A DNA stretch of 64,000 nucleotides, taken from positions 682,001 to 746,000 of the forward strand of contig JAKMXF010000088.1 of the NCBI GenBank assembly GCA_024704765.1. The letters run 5' to 3'. Shown piece after piece: positions 36,701 through 46,790 of this stretch. Source of the stretch: Oopsacas minuta (taxonomy: Eukaryota > Animalia > Porifera). The notes beneath the pieces were generated by a model, which was given only the letters and a program-made list of their open reading frames with translations, was not told where the DNA came from and ran no database searches. A program made the translations under genes and the position numbers. How positions within the stretch are numbered: position 1 is the stretch's first letter; each line of letters starts with the position of its first letter.

Positions 36701-39700
36701 TCACGAGTGAATATTTGTTCAAACGTGCTACCCCCCTTAAAATTGGGTTATATTGTGGCTCTCTTACTCAATGGGATCCGAGGCTAGAAGGTGTTGAATT
36801 TGTGTCGCTTATAGAGGTGATAGAACATCTAGAAGAGGACACATTGACACAATTGCCAACTGCCATTTTTGGCACCTTGAGGCCTAAATATGTGTTCATA
36901 ACAACTCCGAACTCAGAATTCAATATTCTTTTCAAGAACTTTTCTGGGTTTCGTCACCCTGACCACAAGTTCGAATGGAACAGAGAAGAGTTCATGAATT
37001 GGTGCGAGGCCATCTGCCACAATTTTCCATACCAAGTGGAGTATAATGGCGCTGGGGAACCACCAATAGGATTTGAGGATGTTGGCTACTGTTCTCAAGC
37101 AGCTTTCTTTTCTCTAAAATTAGAAATTCCTAACAAACACCTTCAAGTAAATAACAACAATACTATTGATTGGGACAATCCTACTACACAAGATGACCAA
37201 TCAGATGCACCAATTGATGAACCAAGAGAATCAATATTTTCTCATTTGAAACTGGAACTAACGAATACTGAAGAGACACCAAATATTGAGACCGATATGG
37301 ATACAAACAACACCTCAGTAGAGGCGAATAATCCGAATACGGAACCAAGTAATATCAATACGGAACTAACTGACATCAATATGGAACCAAACTACGTCTA
37401 CAAGGAAATAATATGTAACGAATTTCCACTGCAAGATCCAAACCATACCCCAGAAAGACAGCTGTTACTAGAGTTAGAATATCATGCAATGCAAATAGCT
37501 AAAAATGAATGGAAAAAATTGGAGGAACAAGGTGTTAGAGAGGAGGACGTTTCTCAGCAAATTTATGAGTCCAATGGGACATATTTTGATGCGGGACAGC
37601 CCAAGGGGTATTTGACCTGCTATGTATCAATTTATGGACGGCTTATGTCATATCCACAGATAAAATTTTATGGTACATACGATGATATCGTGAATACGAT
37701 TACAACTCGACAGGATTACAAACTCAATATGGAACTTACTCATTATAAAGTGGAACTAATGGTTGAAGAACCTGGATATTCAGACGAAGTGGATTCAGAC
37801 GAATGTGACAATGACGAGTCAGTAAATAATGAAATTTGGGGGGACACTTTCCAAGAAGTGGTCCAAGAAAGGAACCACGTTAGTGTACCTGAGAGTTGGG
37901 ACGATTAGTCATGGGACACCCAATTAGTTTCTTGAAATTAGAATTGTTATTATTAAGTTATAAACCTACCATAATTTGAATCAATCTATTTTCTATCTAA
38001 TATACTTGCTATACTATTCAAATGTGACAAAATGCATGCCAATGGGAGTAAATTGTCGTCAGGGAAAGGTCGCGTCTCTCATTTCACGTATTCAGACTCT
38101 CAACTGACTTCTGATGATGAAAATAGAAGTGAAACTATGAATAGTTCCCTTGAGGTGGCGAGAGAAAGGAAATTACGTCAGGAGGCAGAGGCACAAAGTG
38201 TCCGGCTAGCGGGACTATTAGAAAAAGCAGTTACACAATTCGATCCACCTCGACACAACAACGACGCACAACACCAAATTATTAATGATTTGTCCGCCAA
38301 AGCAAATCAAATCGAGCAACACCTCCAAAATCTCCAAAATCGGAAAAATCCAAGTCACTTAATTTCCCCCAAAAAGGATGACAATAGGCATATTCAGGCA
38401 ACCAATGAAATTGAAGACAGGGTTATGGACTTAGAACAACAGCTGGAACGAATTGAAGAGGGGGCCAATCAAATCGCTGGCAACAACAGGCTTACACCCA
38501 AGAGATGGTCGTCACAAATGAGTTTAGATTCAGCAATGCGGAAAGTGGATTCAGGGCGACACAATTTGACACCTGATAAGGAAAATGGTAGGGTGGCAGG
38601 CTTGGAAATTGAACTCGAAACAACTCAACGAATGAAAGAGGATTTGAGAAATCAATTAGAACAAATGTTACGTTACGCCAAATCTTTGGAAACTGAATTA
38701 CGGACTAATAAATCCGATTTTGATAAATTGAGTTCTGACAGCGAACAATGCCAAATAGATCTGTCCATTGAAAGGCAAAAACTAGCTGAGGCAACTGCAC
38801 TTCTTAACCAGGTAAAAAATAATGCACATCGAATAAATTCGTACTCCAAAAGATTGGAAAATAAACTTTTAAGATCTCAAAACCAAATCCAAAAGTACGA
38901 GTTTGATAACGAAAAAAATTTCCGTGAAAATGGTAAAATGCGTGCAGAATTTGAGCGAAGACAATCGGAGAAAGATTTGAATATTCAGAAAGTTTTTAGC
39001 GATATATCGAGAGAAAATTCTGATTTAAAATACCAATTGGAAGATGAGAGGTCAAAATTACGATCATTGAGAGGGATCCAAGCAGAAATGGGAAATAAAT
39101 TCAGGCGTGAGATGGCACAACTCTCTGACACAAAAGAATTACTTATTCGTGAGAAAAACAGTTTTGAAAAGATGAATGAAGAATCAGGAAATCATTTGCA
39201 AGAAATTGAGGTAATGCAGGAAATAATAAACAAACAAACTATGGAGATTGACCAATTAAAAGATGACAATAAAGCCGTATTGCGGGCAACAGGAAGTGAG
39301 ATTGATATGTTGATGGATAGTTTCAGTTCCAAACACCAAATACCTCAATTTACAAGTGGTACAGTGCGGGGGTTGGAGAATGAACCACGTAGATGGATTG
39401 CAGATGTTTTAGCCAAGTTAAAATGGCTACAATCAGAAATGAGGACCACTTACAAATGCGACACATTTAACACCCCACAACACGAGTATTAAATAATATT
39501 ATATACACTGATACATTCCCATTAAATATTATATTAACATATTTTGAACTTTTTAGAATATCCACCCGCTCATACAAAGCCTCCACCGGTGTATCCAGGG
39601 CATATCCCGCCCCATGATGTATCTGCACTTAATATTCCTCAACTGATATCTGGTAATCAGGAACTTAATCTTATTCCATCTGGAACTAACTTGAATGGTG

Positions 39701-42700
39701 AGAAATGCCTGGAAATTTTGCCATATAAAGTATGGGAAAATTCATATTTATTCTATTTTTAGAACAAACAGCTGTTATTTCTAGTTCCAGTGAGGAGACA
39801 GAACTTCATCCTATCCTCAGAACAGGCGCCAGTTCTAAATTTACACCTATACCTAAACTCAAGGCAAAGAGGCGACAAAAAGCAAAGATATTTTTAGAAA
39901 AAATAAAAGGCGAATGTAAACCCGAAACAGCTGATTTTACGCGGGAAACCAATCAAATAGGCGGGAATGAAGTATATTATCAGGTCCTATTTTTAGCAAC
40001 ATATACACGAGCCATATTAGGGCTTAGCCAATCTGTGCCGACCATTGTACATTCACTTAATTACAGTGGCACTATTAATTGGAGGCACTAAGTATGAGTA
40101 TTGATAATATTTCAATGAGAAAGTAAAACTGGCTCAAATGTGTCGTTAGAATAGTTTTGGTATACACATATGTACCTTAGACTGTAACAGTCTATCTATC
40201 TGGAAAATTTCAGAATTCTAGGTATAAGAGTGTGACCAGGACACCGTCGATGGAGAAATAGGCAACAGTTCTAGAAATGTGCTAACTACAGTATTGTATA
40301 GTCCGCACAGTAAAAAGCATAAATATCTGTTTGCTTTGACCAACATACAAATGAGTGTGTGTTAGTCCAGTGACAAACAAAATTTGTGCGCATTTTGAAT
40401 AGCAACTCGAATGTTACAAGAACTATCTTCGATAACGCATAAGTTCACACCAAAATTCCTCAAACGAAATTAAAATTTTCATTCGAATTTTGTGGGTGAA
40501 TAATATGTGTTTATTAACCAATGGGTTTACAGGGATATGATGGATATATTCATATTACACCTCCACCTCCAGACATGCAACAGCTGATCGATAAAGTGGC
40601 ATTTCAAGTGGTATCATGCACAAATGAAAACATTGAGAAACAATTAAAAGAAGGAACAAATTCCATTTATGATTTTCTGTATCCTAGCAACCAATACTAT
40701 GAGTATTATCGTATAAAGAAAAGGCAATTCAAAGACAGTATTAAACCGATACAAAAGGTTGTGTGCTATTTTTAGAATTATCTAGAGTTTGTTATTTAAT
40801 TAATTTTAGAAAGATGAGAGAGTTGATTCTAATAAGAAACTGATTTCATTTTCCATTCAAAGCTCAATTGATAATATGCAACTGGAACAAAAGGTGTATC
40901 TTGGTGGCAATTCAAGTTCCAGTGAAGATGAAAGTCAAAACCAGAAATCTCAGGTACAACATTTATCCCACTTACCCTTAGGGTGTATAGAGATGCATCA
41001 TGGAAGATATAGACATCCGTCCGTTCGCAGTGTCCTGAGACATATACGAGACCGATTGACATCAAAATTACACATTTTTGAGGTAAAGGTCTACACCTCG
41101 GTATGAATTCTTTGTAAAGTGAATAATTTCACACCTTTGGGGTGGTTAAGTTAGGCCAATCAGTTGTAAAACACTTCCATTCTATTGTTTCTATTGAATT
41201 TGTGCTGGACACTTTTAGATATTTTATTTCTTAAAATAGACACTCAGCAAGAAAGTAGGTGTCAAAATGGAGCTTGAAGGTTTGTTAACATAAGTATGAA
41301 ATTAACAACAAGTATTTATAAAAAGATAGTTCATATTTTCACACCTTTTTCATAGAATATAGTTTGTAAGCAAATCTAAAATATGCAACAAATCATAAAG
41401 TAATATGAAACCAACAAATAGGTTCAGTTAAATAATAATTCTGTGTTACAATAATCTATTCTATCAATTGCAAATAATTGTATGGAAAATGACAACAAAA
41501 GCAAAAGTACTTCAAAAACGTGAAAGGGGGAAGAAATTCCTTTCATACATTCTGTCACGCACGAGTGACACTAGTCATGACCTGCCAATTGATCCAAACG
41601 AGGTCGAAACGTCAGACCGTGATAACTTAGGAAGAGCCATGAGTGTACCAATATTATCAATCGAAACCAAACGAAAGTTATCTGAGTCTAAATTGACTCA
41701 ATCCTTATCAAAATATGATTTAAACCCCGGGTCTGATTCGGAAAATGATCTGGACTTGGTGTCAATGAGTGGAGAAGCGAATTACATTGATTTGAATTCT
41801 ATACAAGACAAAGTCTTCAAGAGATCAATGCATATAACGAAGGCTATAGTTAAGAAATCTAAATGGGAGATCAGGGAATTCTCCGATTCAATTAAATTCC
41901 CTGAATTCGATGAGGATATAGTTTCAATTCCAAGTGAAGAAAATGTTAACTGTGATATCACAATGTCTGAAGAGACTACACAACTCGTTAGACGTAGGAT
42001 AAGAACTTCCGTTTCATTGACACGACCCTCAAAAATTCCTCCCCTCCCGAAGAGTGCTACTCAAAAAGACCGAAATCGAGTACGAATTATCCAAGAAATC
42101 ATTAATACTGAAATAGACTATATGAAGTGTCTTAGAAAACTAATACAACTTCGTGACACTATTCTAGCGAATGTGGCAATATATGGGCTCACAGAGGAAC
42201 AGGTTAATAGGATATTTGCATTCCTTCCTGATATCCTTGAGAGTCATGAACTATTCTATATGTCGATTAGTGGAAAAGTTCTACAAATATCACAGGATTT
42301 TGACATTAGAAATTTACAACTTGGACCTGATTGTATTTCTGCATTTTCTAAAGAGATTGTTGCTATTTCCTACTCAAAATATTCAGCACAGTTTTCATCA
42401 ACTATTGACACTATTATTCAGCATAAACTATCAAATGAACAGTTTTCGATTTGTCTCAGAAAATTCGAAGCTGAATCGAAGGAGAGTTTGAAAACGGCAC
42501 TGATAAGACCCATTCAAATATTTCCAAAATACGTACACATAATCTCTGAGCTTTTGAGATTCACTGATCCATCCCATCCGGACTACTGCTCGCTGTCTTA
42601 CGCACTGACAGGCCTGGAGAGTATGGCGATACGGTTAGGCGTCGTTCGTCACGAAGCAGAGCTAAAGGAACAGTTCTTACAACTACAATCTCGGATAATA

Positions 42701-45700
42701 TCAATCAGGAAAGATTTTTTCCGTTCCCAATCTCGGAAACTTTTAAGAATAGAACCCGCAATTAAACTATCACGGAAAGACGGTTATCTCAAGCCGAAAT
42801 TCCGTTATCTGTTCATATTTAACGATCATATTATGTGTCTACGGGGTGCTAAACGGACGTTCACGACAGATATGCTTACCCCGGGACCAGACGACTGTAC
42901 GACACTTTTAAGTCAATATTTTATCGAATGGTCTATACCCATCGATTCTATAGAAGTTAAAGTTAGAGAGAAATCCGAGAATCTAAGGATATTTAGAGAG
43001 ATTACGAAGATATTAAATGAAGAGCAGACACAGAAAAGACACGACGTCAATCTCCTACAAAAAATAGATTTACTTGTCACACAGTTATATGGTGTCTACC
43101 TCGGGTTTTCCAAGGCAAATGTCCAGAATTGTATCGCTCAATTGACACGTGAATTGCGGACAGATGAGATATACACTTCGCTACAGAGGTCACATGCTAT
43201 TGATGTTGAATTGATACGTGGTTCTAGGATCAAGCGTTACATATTTTACTTGGGAACCATAGAAACGATTAAGGAATTCGTACTAACATTCCATTACGCA
43301 AAAATGCGAGTTTTGCCTGAAAATTTTCAAGGTTGGTTGACTTTCGCAGTTGATTCGGATCATAAATTAAAATCTATCCAGAACTTCCCACTATTGGCAG
43401 ACACACAGGTGTACAACACAATGTATGCTAATTGTAGTGTGAACTGTGCAACGATTGTAGCAGATAGCTTCATATGGCTTTGCTGTGGTAATCTCAGACT
43501 TGGCATTATAATGATACTTAACACTTCGGGAAAATATATTGAAAAAATTGTGCAGTCGAAAGCATGTACTGAACGAATCTCAGTGATTCAATATATGCCC
43601 CCTTTCCAGGACGATAGGACAGAATGGATGTACCCTACGGTGTGGATGGGTACAGAAAACGGGACCCTATATGTATACGACGCTTCAGACCCTACTGTGA
43701 TAGACCTTAATGTCGAAACGGAGTGTCCCGATTCAGTTGTGTCAATGATATCTTTCGACGGTAGAATGTTCATTGGATTAGCTAATGGTGATTTAATGGT
43801 GTTTGATACAGATTCGAATGGTGAATGGGATGGCATATGTAGATGTAAATCACACCTTTCTGAGTATAGTATCATATCTATGCACTTGATCGATTCACAA
43901 CTTTGGTGTTTCAGTGGTAATAATGCGATATTATTCTCGCTCGTTGATTTACAAATTGAGGAAATTGTGTCCATCAATAACGAGCCGAATCAACATGTGA
44001 TGCTGACTGCTCCTTTTGGTCGTGCGATTTGGCTGTGTCTTAAACAGGAACCAGAACTATTATTGTTCCATATTAAGCATAAAGAAGTGCTGCAAACGAT
44101 TAGCCTAAATCGCTTTTTCAGACAACTGCGTAAAGAAGATTGGATAGGGACTGAGACAGTGAGGATAACTTCGTTATTGGCGACGCACGGGTCCCTCTGG
44201 GTTGGCACGTCAGAGGGAATTGTAGTTAATTATGAGTTACATGACGGCATCCCTGTATTCGTAGGACAGACCTCTATCTCCCAGGATTCCCACAACGAAA
44301 CTGCCAAACAGTTTCTGTATTTGAGTAAGAATATTGGTCAGAGGCAAACTCCGAAATATCAAAAGCCGAAACAACATAGTGAATTGCTGGAATTGGAAGA
44401 TGGGTATTGGACACAGCTACAACCTATGGAACCAAGCTCAAAGAGAACTTCGATAAACTCAACATTTGAGGCATCAAATATCTTACTAGATGGTAATCTG
44501 AAACTAACACGAGTTGGTTCCGATCCTGTGCAAAAAGATGAACCAATTTTACACGACTTTACTTCTCCACTCAACACGAAAAGATCGATTTCCCAAATAA
44601 ACTCATTTCCCCCCAAAAAATTCGAATTTCCAAAGAAGAGCGATCCATCCATCTACGATAATACATTTAAACCTAGTGAGGAGACAATCCATGAACAGAG
44701 TTTTGAGGACTCCGCGACATATGAACTGATACCAGCCCACCTTAATATGCCCCTCGAAAGACAGATTTCATCGTTTTCAGTGTCCTCTACTGAAGAACAA
44801 GGACCTAAATTTATACCTGGTGGCATGCCGCCACCCAAACCACCTCGTAAATCCTTTTCTGTTGGTAGCCTAACCGAGGCTGATATTGAAACTGGAACCA
44901 TACCTGAAACTACTGAAATAGAAGGGCCGAAAAAATCTAAAATTAGAACTGAGAATTCTTCTGACCTTGAAGTTCTACCTAGACAAATATCGACAGAATA
45001 CAGTCAATCCTCTCTTGAAGGTTCTAGCTCCCCCGTAACTGAAACTGAAACTAAACCCACAGTTCCTAATCCAGGTTCAAAATCTGTTCGTTACGTAAAA
45101 GCAACTTTTCTAAAGCCAATTAATAAAACTAAATTGGAACCATTAAGTTCTGTACCGGAACCAAACACAATAGACCTCTTAGACCCAGCGAATACAGAGA
45201 GAATATGGAATATGGTGGACGACATCAAAATAGATCCAGAGGAAAATTACCGCGACCCTTACGTCATCATGACGAGCCCACGAAAAGAAACTGGAACTAA
45301 CTTACCAGAACCTATTTCGCCACCATTTAGTACCAGACAAGAACAAGCAAAAACCGAATCAAATAGCATATCTAATATGACACCAAAAATTGGAGTGGGG
45401 GATTATTCTAAAGTGAAACGCAATATGGAACTAACTGATGATTTTGAACAGGTTCCGGCTATGACACCTCCCACTAAAAACGAATATTTTGTTCTGTCTA
45501 GCAAAGACCACCATTCTGTCACGAATCCTTCAAAACTCTCGAATATTGAATTAGCTAAAGTGTCAAATTCCTTTGCGTATGATTCGTTGCTAGAATCTAG
45601 ATCCCATAATTCTGGCGATTACACAAAACTCCAATCTCATGGAATTATTGACGATATTCCTGACTACGAAAAATTAATCCTAGACAGTAACGGAAGACCT

Positions 45701-46484
45701 ATATCATTGTCTCCCCAAAAGAAAATACCTATAAAACGTGTTAGTTCCGATTCAGAAGCAATTGGTTCCAATAACACAAAAGATAGATTAGGTGAAAGAG
45801 AGAGTGCGTGGATTGATATACATCTAGAAAGCTATTATGTTCTGTCGATTGGAAACGGGTATTTTGACTGGAGGGAGGTCAAAACAAAACCCACAAACGA
45901 AGGAAGCATGAACCCTACAGTGTTATTATGGCAACTGCCATGTTTATATAATGTGTAGAAATTATAACACCTTGTATTTATTGATTATTTAGTTTGCTTA
46001 GTTTAATAAAGAATAATCTTTAATTCGACATTGTTACACGTTTCTTAAACCCAAAAATTCCAAACTTTTGGATAGTCGTAAGGTGTTAACTATCTTATAG
46101 AAAACAGAGGTGATAAAGTTCATAACATTCGTAGAAAGAGAGTTTCAGAATTTATGCAAAAGTTACGTGACAAGAAATCAAAACAACAAACAAACAAACA
46201 ATCAGATATTTATGAACCAGAATACCCGACCGAAGTTGTGGAAAAGAAAATTTACCAAAAGGCTGCTATAAAATATCCTATTAATAACGGTAGATACTAT
46301 TGATTATTCATATTTTCACACCTTTGGGCGGTCTAACAATAGGAATGCGGTGCTAAACATGGGAAACTTAAAATACAAAAACACAAAATATTTTCAAACT
46401 TGTATTTATACTTTTCTAGATCAAGAAAGAAAGTCAGAAGAAAAGCATGAATCTGATTGGGTTACAAAATCTAAAAATAAATGA
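33761..46484 (+). CDS. SFSWAP: Suppressor-of-white-apricot splicing factor, 10 exons, about 620 aa; hosts four genes in introns 34831-39556 and 41280-46100
   Basis: DRY_EERY domain (HLIPWMG..LVDRYDARG), SURP1 (MHNIIVKTARHV..FDFL.FDHFLHPYY), SURP2 (PPPPDMQQLIDK..YEYY), then ISFSI and RRKRVSEFM. Exons 33761-34210, 34248-34307, 34503-34830, 39557-39697, 39763-39983, 40533-40757, 40810-40953, 41240-41279, 46101-46289 and 46420-46484 are phase-compatible. Exon 2 uses a weak GAG acceptor. Confidence 0.85.
34990..36012 (-). CDS. HENMT1: HEN1 small-RNA 2'-O-methyltransferase paralog a (340 aa), intronless, nested
   Basis: VDFGCAEG (SAM motif I), EVIEH, TPNSEFN, FRHPDHKFEW, YCSQAAFF; ATG at 36012 (the ORF track starts upstream at TTG). 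Confidence 0.92.
   Translation of the reverse strand: MATQENVTENLSLKEASTREDSSFGVIFRPVLFRQRYFLAIKYIEKFTPFKLVDFGCAEGKFIWHLREKNFSYLHEILGVDIDKPTLKRCQNVAKPHKAVHNIDRATPLKIGLYCGSLTQWDPRLEGVEFVSLIEVIEHLEEDTLTQLPTAIFGTLRPKYVFITTPNSEFNILFKDFSGFRHPDHKFEWNREEFMNWCEAICHNFPYQVEYNGAGEPPIGFEEVGYCSQAAFFSLKLEIPNKHLQVNNNNTIDWDNPTTQDDQSDSPLESSTTHPKSKPEPKKSEVPILTKEIQFMKLESTNVVKQEPSPSNMELIYREVICKEFPLKTDEPRPPVKPEL
36370..37908 (+). CDS. HENMT1: HEN1 small-RNA 2'-O-methyltransferase paralog b (512 aa), intronless, nested
   Basis: FNPPLYKQRY (FxPP), VDFGCSE, EVIEH, FRHPDHKFEW; long acidic C-terminal region. Confidence 0.94.
   Translation: MATQSDDKNSTCQQAEDPNEVRSKFPELNFPNHRPVTDDIHFNPPLYKQRYSLGIDYVKKFCPSKVVDFGCSECKFMWAIRNQNYEFIREIIGVDIDKVVLETHDCVAKPVTSEYLFKRATPLKIGLYCGSLTQWDPRLEGVEFVSLIEVIEHLEEDTLTQLPTAIFGTLRPKYVFITTPNSEFNILFKNFSGFRHPDHKFEWNREEFMNWCEAICHNFPYQVEYNGAGEPPIGFEDVGYCSQAAFFSLKLEIPNKHLQVNNNNTIDWDNPTTQDDQSDAPIDEPRESIFSHLKLELTNTEETPNIETDMDTNNTSVEANNPNTEPSNINTELTDINMEPNYVYKEIICNEFPLQDPNHTPERQLLLELEYHAMQIAKNEWKKLEEQGVREEDVSQQIYESNGTYFDAGQPKGYLTCYVSIYGRLMSYPQIKFYGTYDDIVNTITTRQDYKLNMELTHYKVELMVEEPGYSDEVDSDECDNDESVNNEIWGDTFQEVVQERNHVSVPESWDD
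38032..39492 (+). CDS. Coiled-coil protein, CEP128-like (short, 486 aa), intronless, nested same-strand
   Basis: Long heptad regions; GLENEPRRWIADVLAKLKWLQSEM resembles the CEP128 C-terminal motif PHRWLAESKTKLQWLCEEL (recalled). Confidence 0.55.
   Translation: MHANGSKLSSGKGRVSHFTYSDSQLTSDDENRSETMNSSLEVARERKLRQEAEAQSVRLAGLLEKAVTQFDPPRHNNDAQHQIINDLSAKANQIEQHLQNLQNRKNPSHLISPKKDDNRHIQATNEIEDRVMDLEQQLERIEEGANQIAGNNRLTPKRWSSQMSLDSAMRKVDSGRHNLTPDKENGRVAGLEIELETTQRMKEDLRNQLEQMLRYAKSLETELRTNKSDFDKLSSDSEQCQIDLSIERQKLAEATALLNQVKNNAHRINSYSKRLENKLLRSQNQIQKYEFDNEKNFRENGKMRAEFERRQSEKDLNIQKVFSDISRENSDLKYQLEDERSKLRSLRGIQAEMGNKFRREMAQLSDTKELLIREKNSFEKMNEESGNHLQEIEVMQEIINKQTMEIDQLKDDNKAVLRATGSEIDMLMDSFSSKHQIPQFTSGTVRGLENEPRRWIADVLAKLKWLQSEMRTTYKCDTFNTPQHEY
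41489..45958 (+). CDS. Rho GEF of the ARHGEF10/10L/17 family (DH-PH-beta-propeller), single 4.5-kb exon, nested same-strand
   Basis: DH domain (RVRIIQEIINTEIDYMKCL..LIRPIQIFPKY..LLRFTDPSHPDY), PH-like region, propeller (PTVWMGTENG; GSLWVGTSEG), terminal GNGYFDWR and LLWQLP; first in-frame ATG at 41489. Confidence 0.88.
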   Translation: MTTKAKVLQKRERGKKFLSYILSRTSDTSHDLPIDPNEVETSDRDNLGRAMSVPILSIETKRKLSESKLTQSLSKYDLNPGSDSENDLDLVSMSGEANYIDLNSIQDKVFKRSMHITKAIVKKSKWEIREFSDSIKFPEFDEDIVSIPSEENVNCDITMSEETTQLVRRRIRTSVSLTRPSKIPPLPKSATQKDRNRVRIIQEIINTEIDYMKCLRKLIQLRDTILANVAIYGLTEEQVNRIFAFLPDILESHELFYMSISGKVLQISQDFDIRNLQLGPDCISAFSKEIVAISYSKYSAQFSSTIDTIIQHKLSNEQFSICLRKFEAESKESLKTALIRPIQIFPKYVHIISELLRFTDPSHPDYCSLSYALTGLESMAIRLGVVRHEAELKEQFLQLQSRIISIRKDFFRSQSRKLLRIEPAIKLSRKDGYLKPKFRYLFIFNDHIMCLRGAKRTFTTDMLTPGPDDCTTLLSQYFIEWSIPIDSIEVKVREKSENLRIFREITKILNEEQTQKRHDVNLLQKIDLLVTQLYGVYLGFSKANVQNCIAQLTRELRTDEIYTSLQRSHAIDVELIRGSRIKRYIFYLGTIETIKEFVLTFHYAKMRVLPENFQGWLTFAVDSDHKLKSIQNFPLLADTQVYNTMYANCSVNCATIVADSFIWLCCGNLRLGIIMILNTSGKYIEKIVQSKACTERISVIQYMPPFQDDRTEWMYPTVWMGTENGTLYVYDASDPTVIDLNVETECPDSVVSMISFDGRMFIGLANGDLMVFDTDSNGEWDGICRCKSHLSEYSIISMHLIDSQLWCFSGNNAILFSLVDLQIEEIVSINNEPNQHVMLTAPFGRAIWLCLKQEPELLLFHIKHKEVLQTISLNRFFRQLRKEDWIGTETVRITSLLATHGSLWVGTSEGIVVNYELHDGIPVFVGQTSISQDSHNETAKQFLYLSKNIGQRQTPKYQKPKQHSELLELEDGYWTQLQPMEPSSKRTSINSTFEASNILLDGNLKLTRVGSDPVQKDEPILHDFTSPLNTKRSISQINSFPPKKFEFPKKSDPSIYDNTFKPSEETIHEQSFEDSATYELIPAHLNMPLERQISSFSVSSTEEQGPKFIPGGMPPPKPPRKSFSVGSLTEADIETGTIPETTEIEGPKKSKIRTENSSDLEVLPRQISTEYSQSSLEGSSSPVTETETKPTVPNPGSKSVRYVKATFLKPINKTKLEPLSSVPEPNTIDLLDPANTERIWNMVDDIKIDPEENYRDPYVIMTSPRKETGTNLPEPISPPFSTRQEQAKTESNSISNMTPKIGVGDYSKVKRNMELTDDFEQVPAMTPPTKNEYFVLSSKDHHSVTNPSKLSNIELAKVSNSFAYDSLLESRSHNSGDYTKLQSHGIIDDIPDYEKLILDSNGRPISLSPQKKIPIKRVSSDSEAIGSNNTKDRLGERESAWIDIHLESYYVLSIGNGYFDWREVKTKPTNEGSMNPTVLLWQLPCLYNV

Positions 46485-46790
46485 ATTCAAACAATCAAAT
46501 TTTACAAGCCAATTCATTAAAATCGGTTTTAACTCTATTTTATGAAAATATTATTTAATTCCTGTTCCGTGGAATTGTGGATAGACTACGGTTCCCAACC
46601 TGCGGTCCACGGAGGACGGCAGGGGGTCCACAAAATTTGTTAAAATTGTATTGAGGGTCGGTTCGTGTTAATCATAAATTCCATTATCGTGCGGACAGAC
46701 GGACAAACAAACGAACGAACGAACGATATATGCCATCCATCAATTGGGACAAATGGTTCCCAACTTTTTTCAGTTATTTTGTAAAAGTTT

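Noticed and set aside
34990-37908. Bacterial Hen1-Pnkp RNA repair system or horizontal transfer
   Set aside because: Animal-type HEN1 layout, no Pnkp partner, embedded in a spliceosomal intron.
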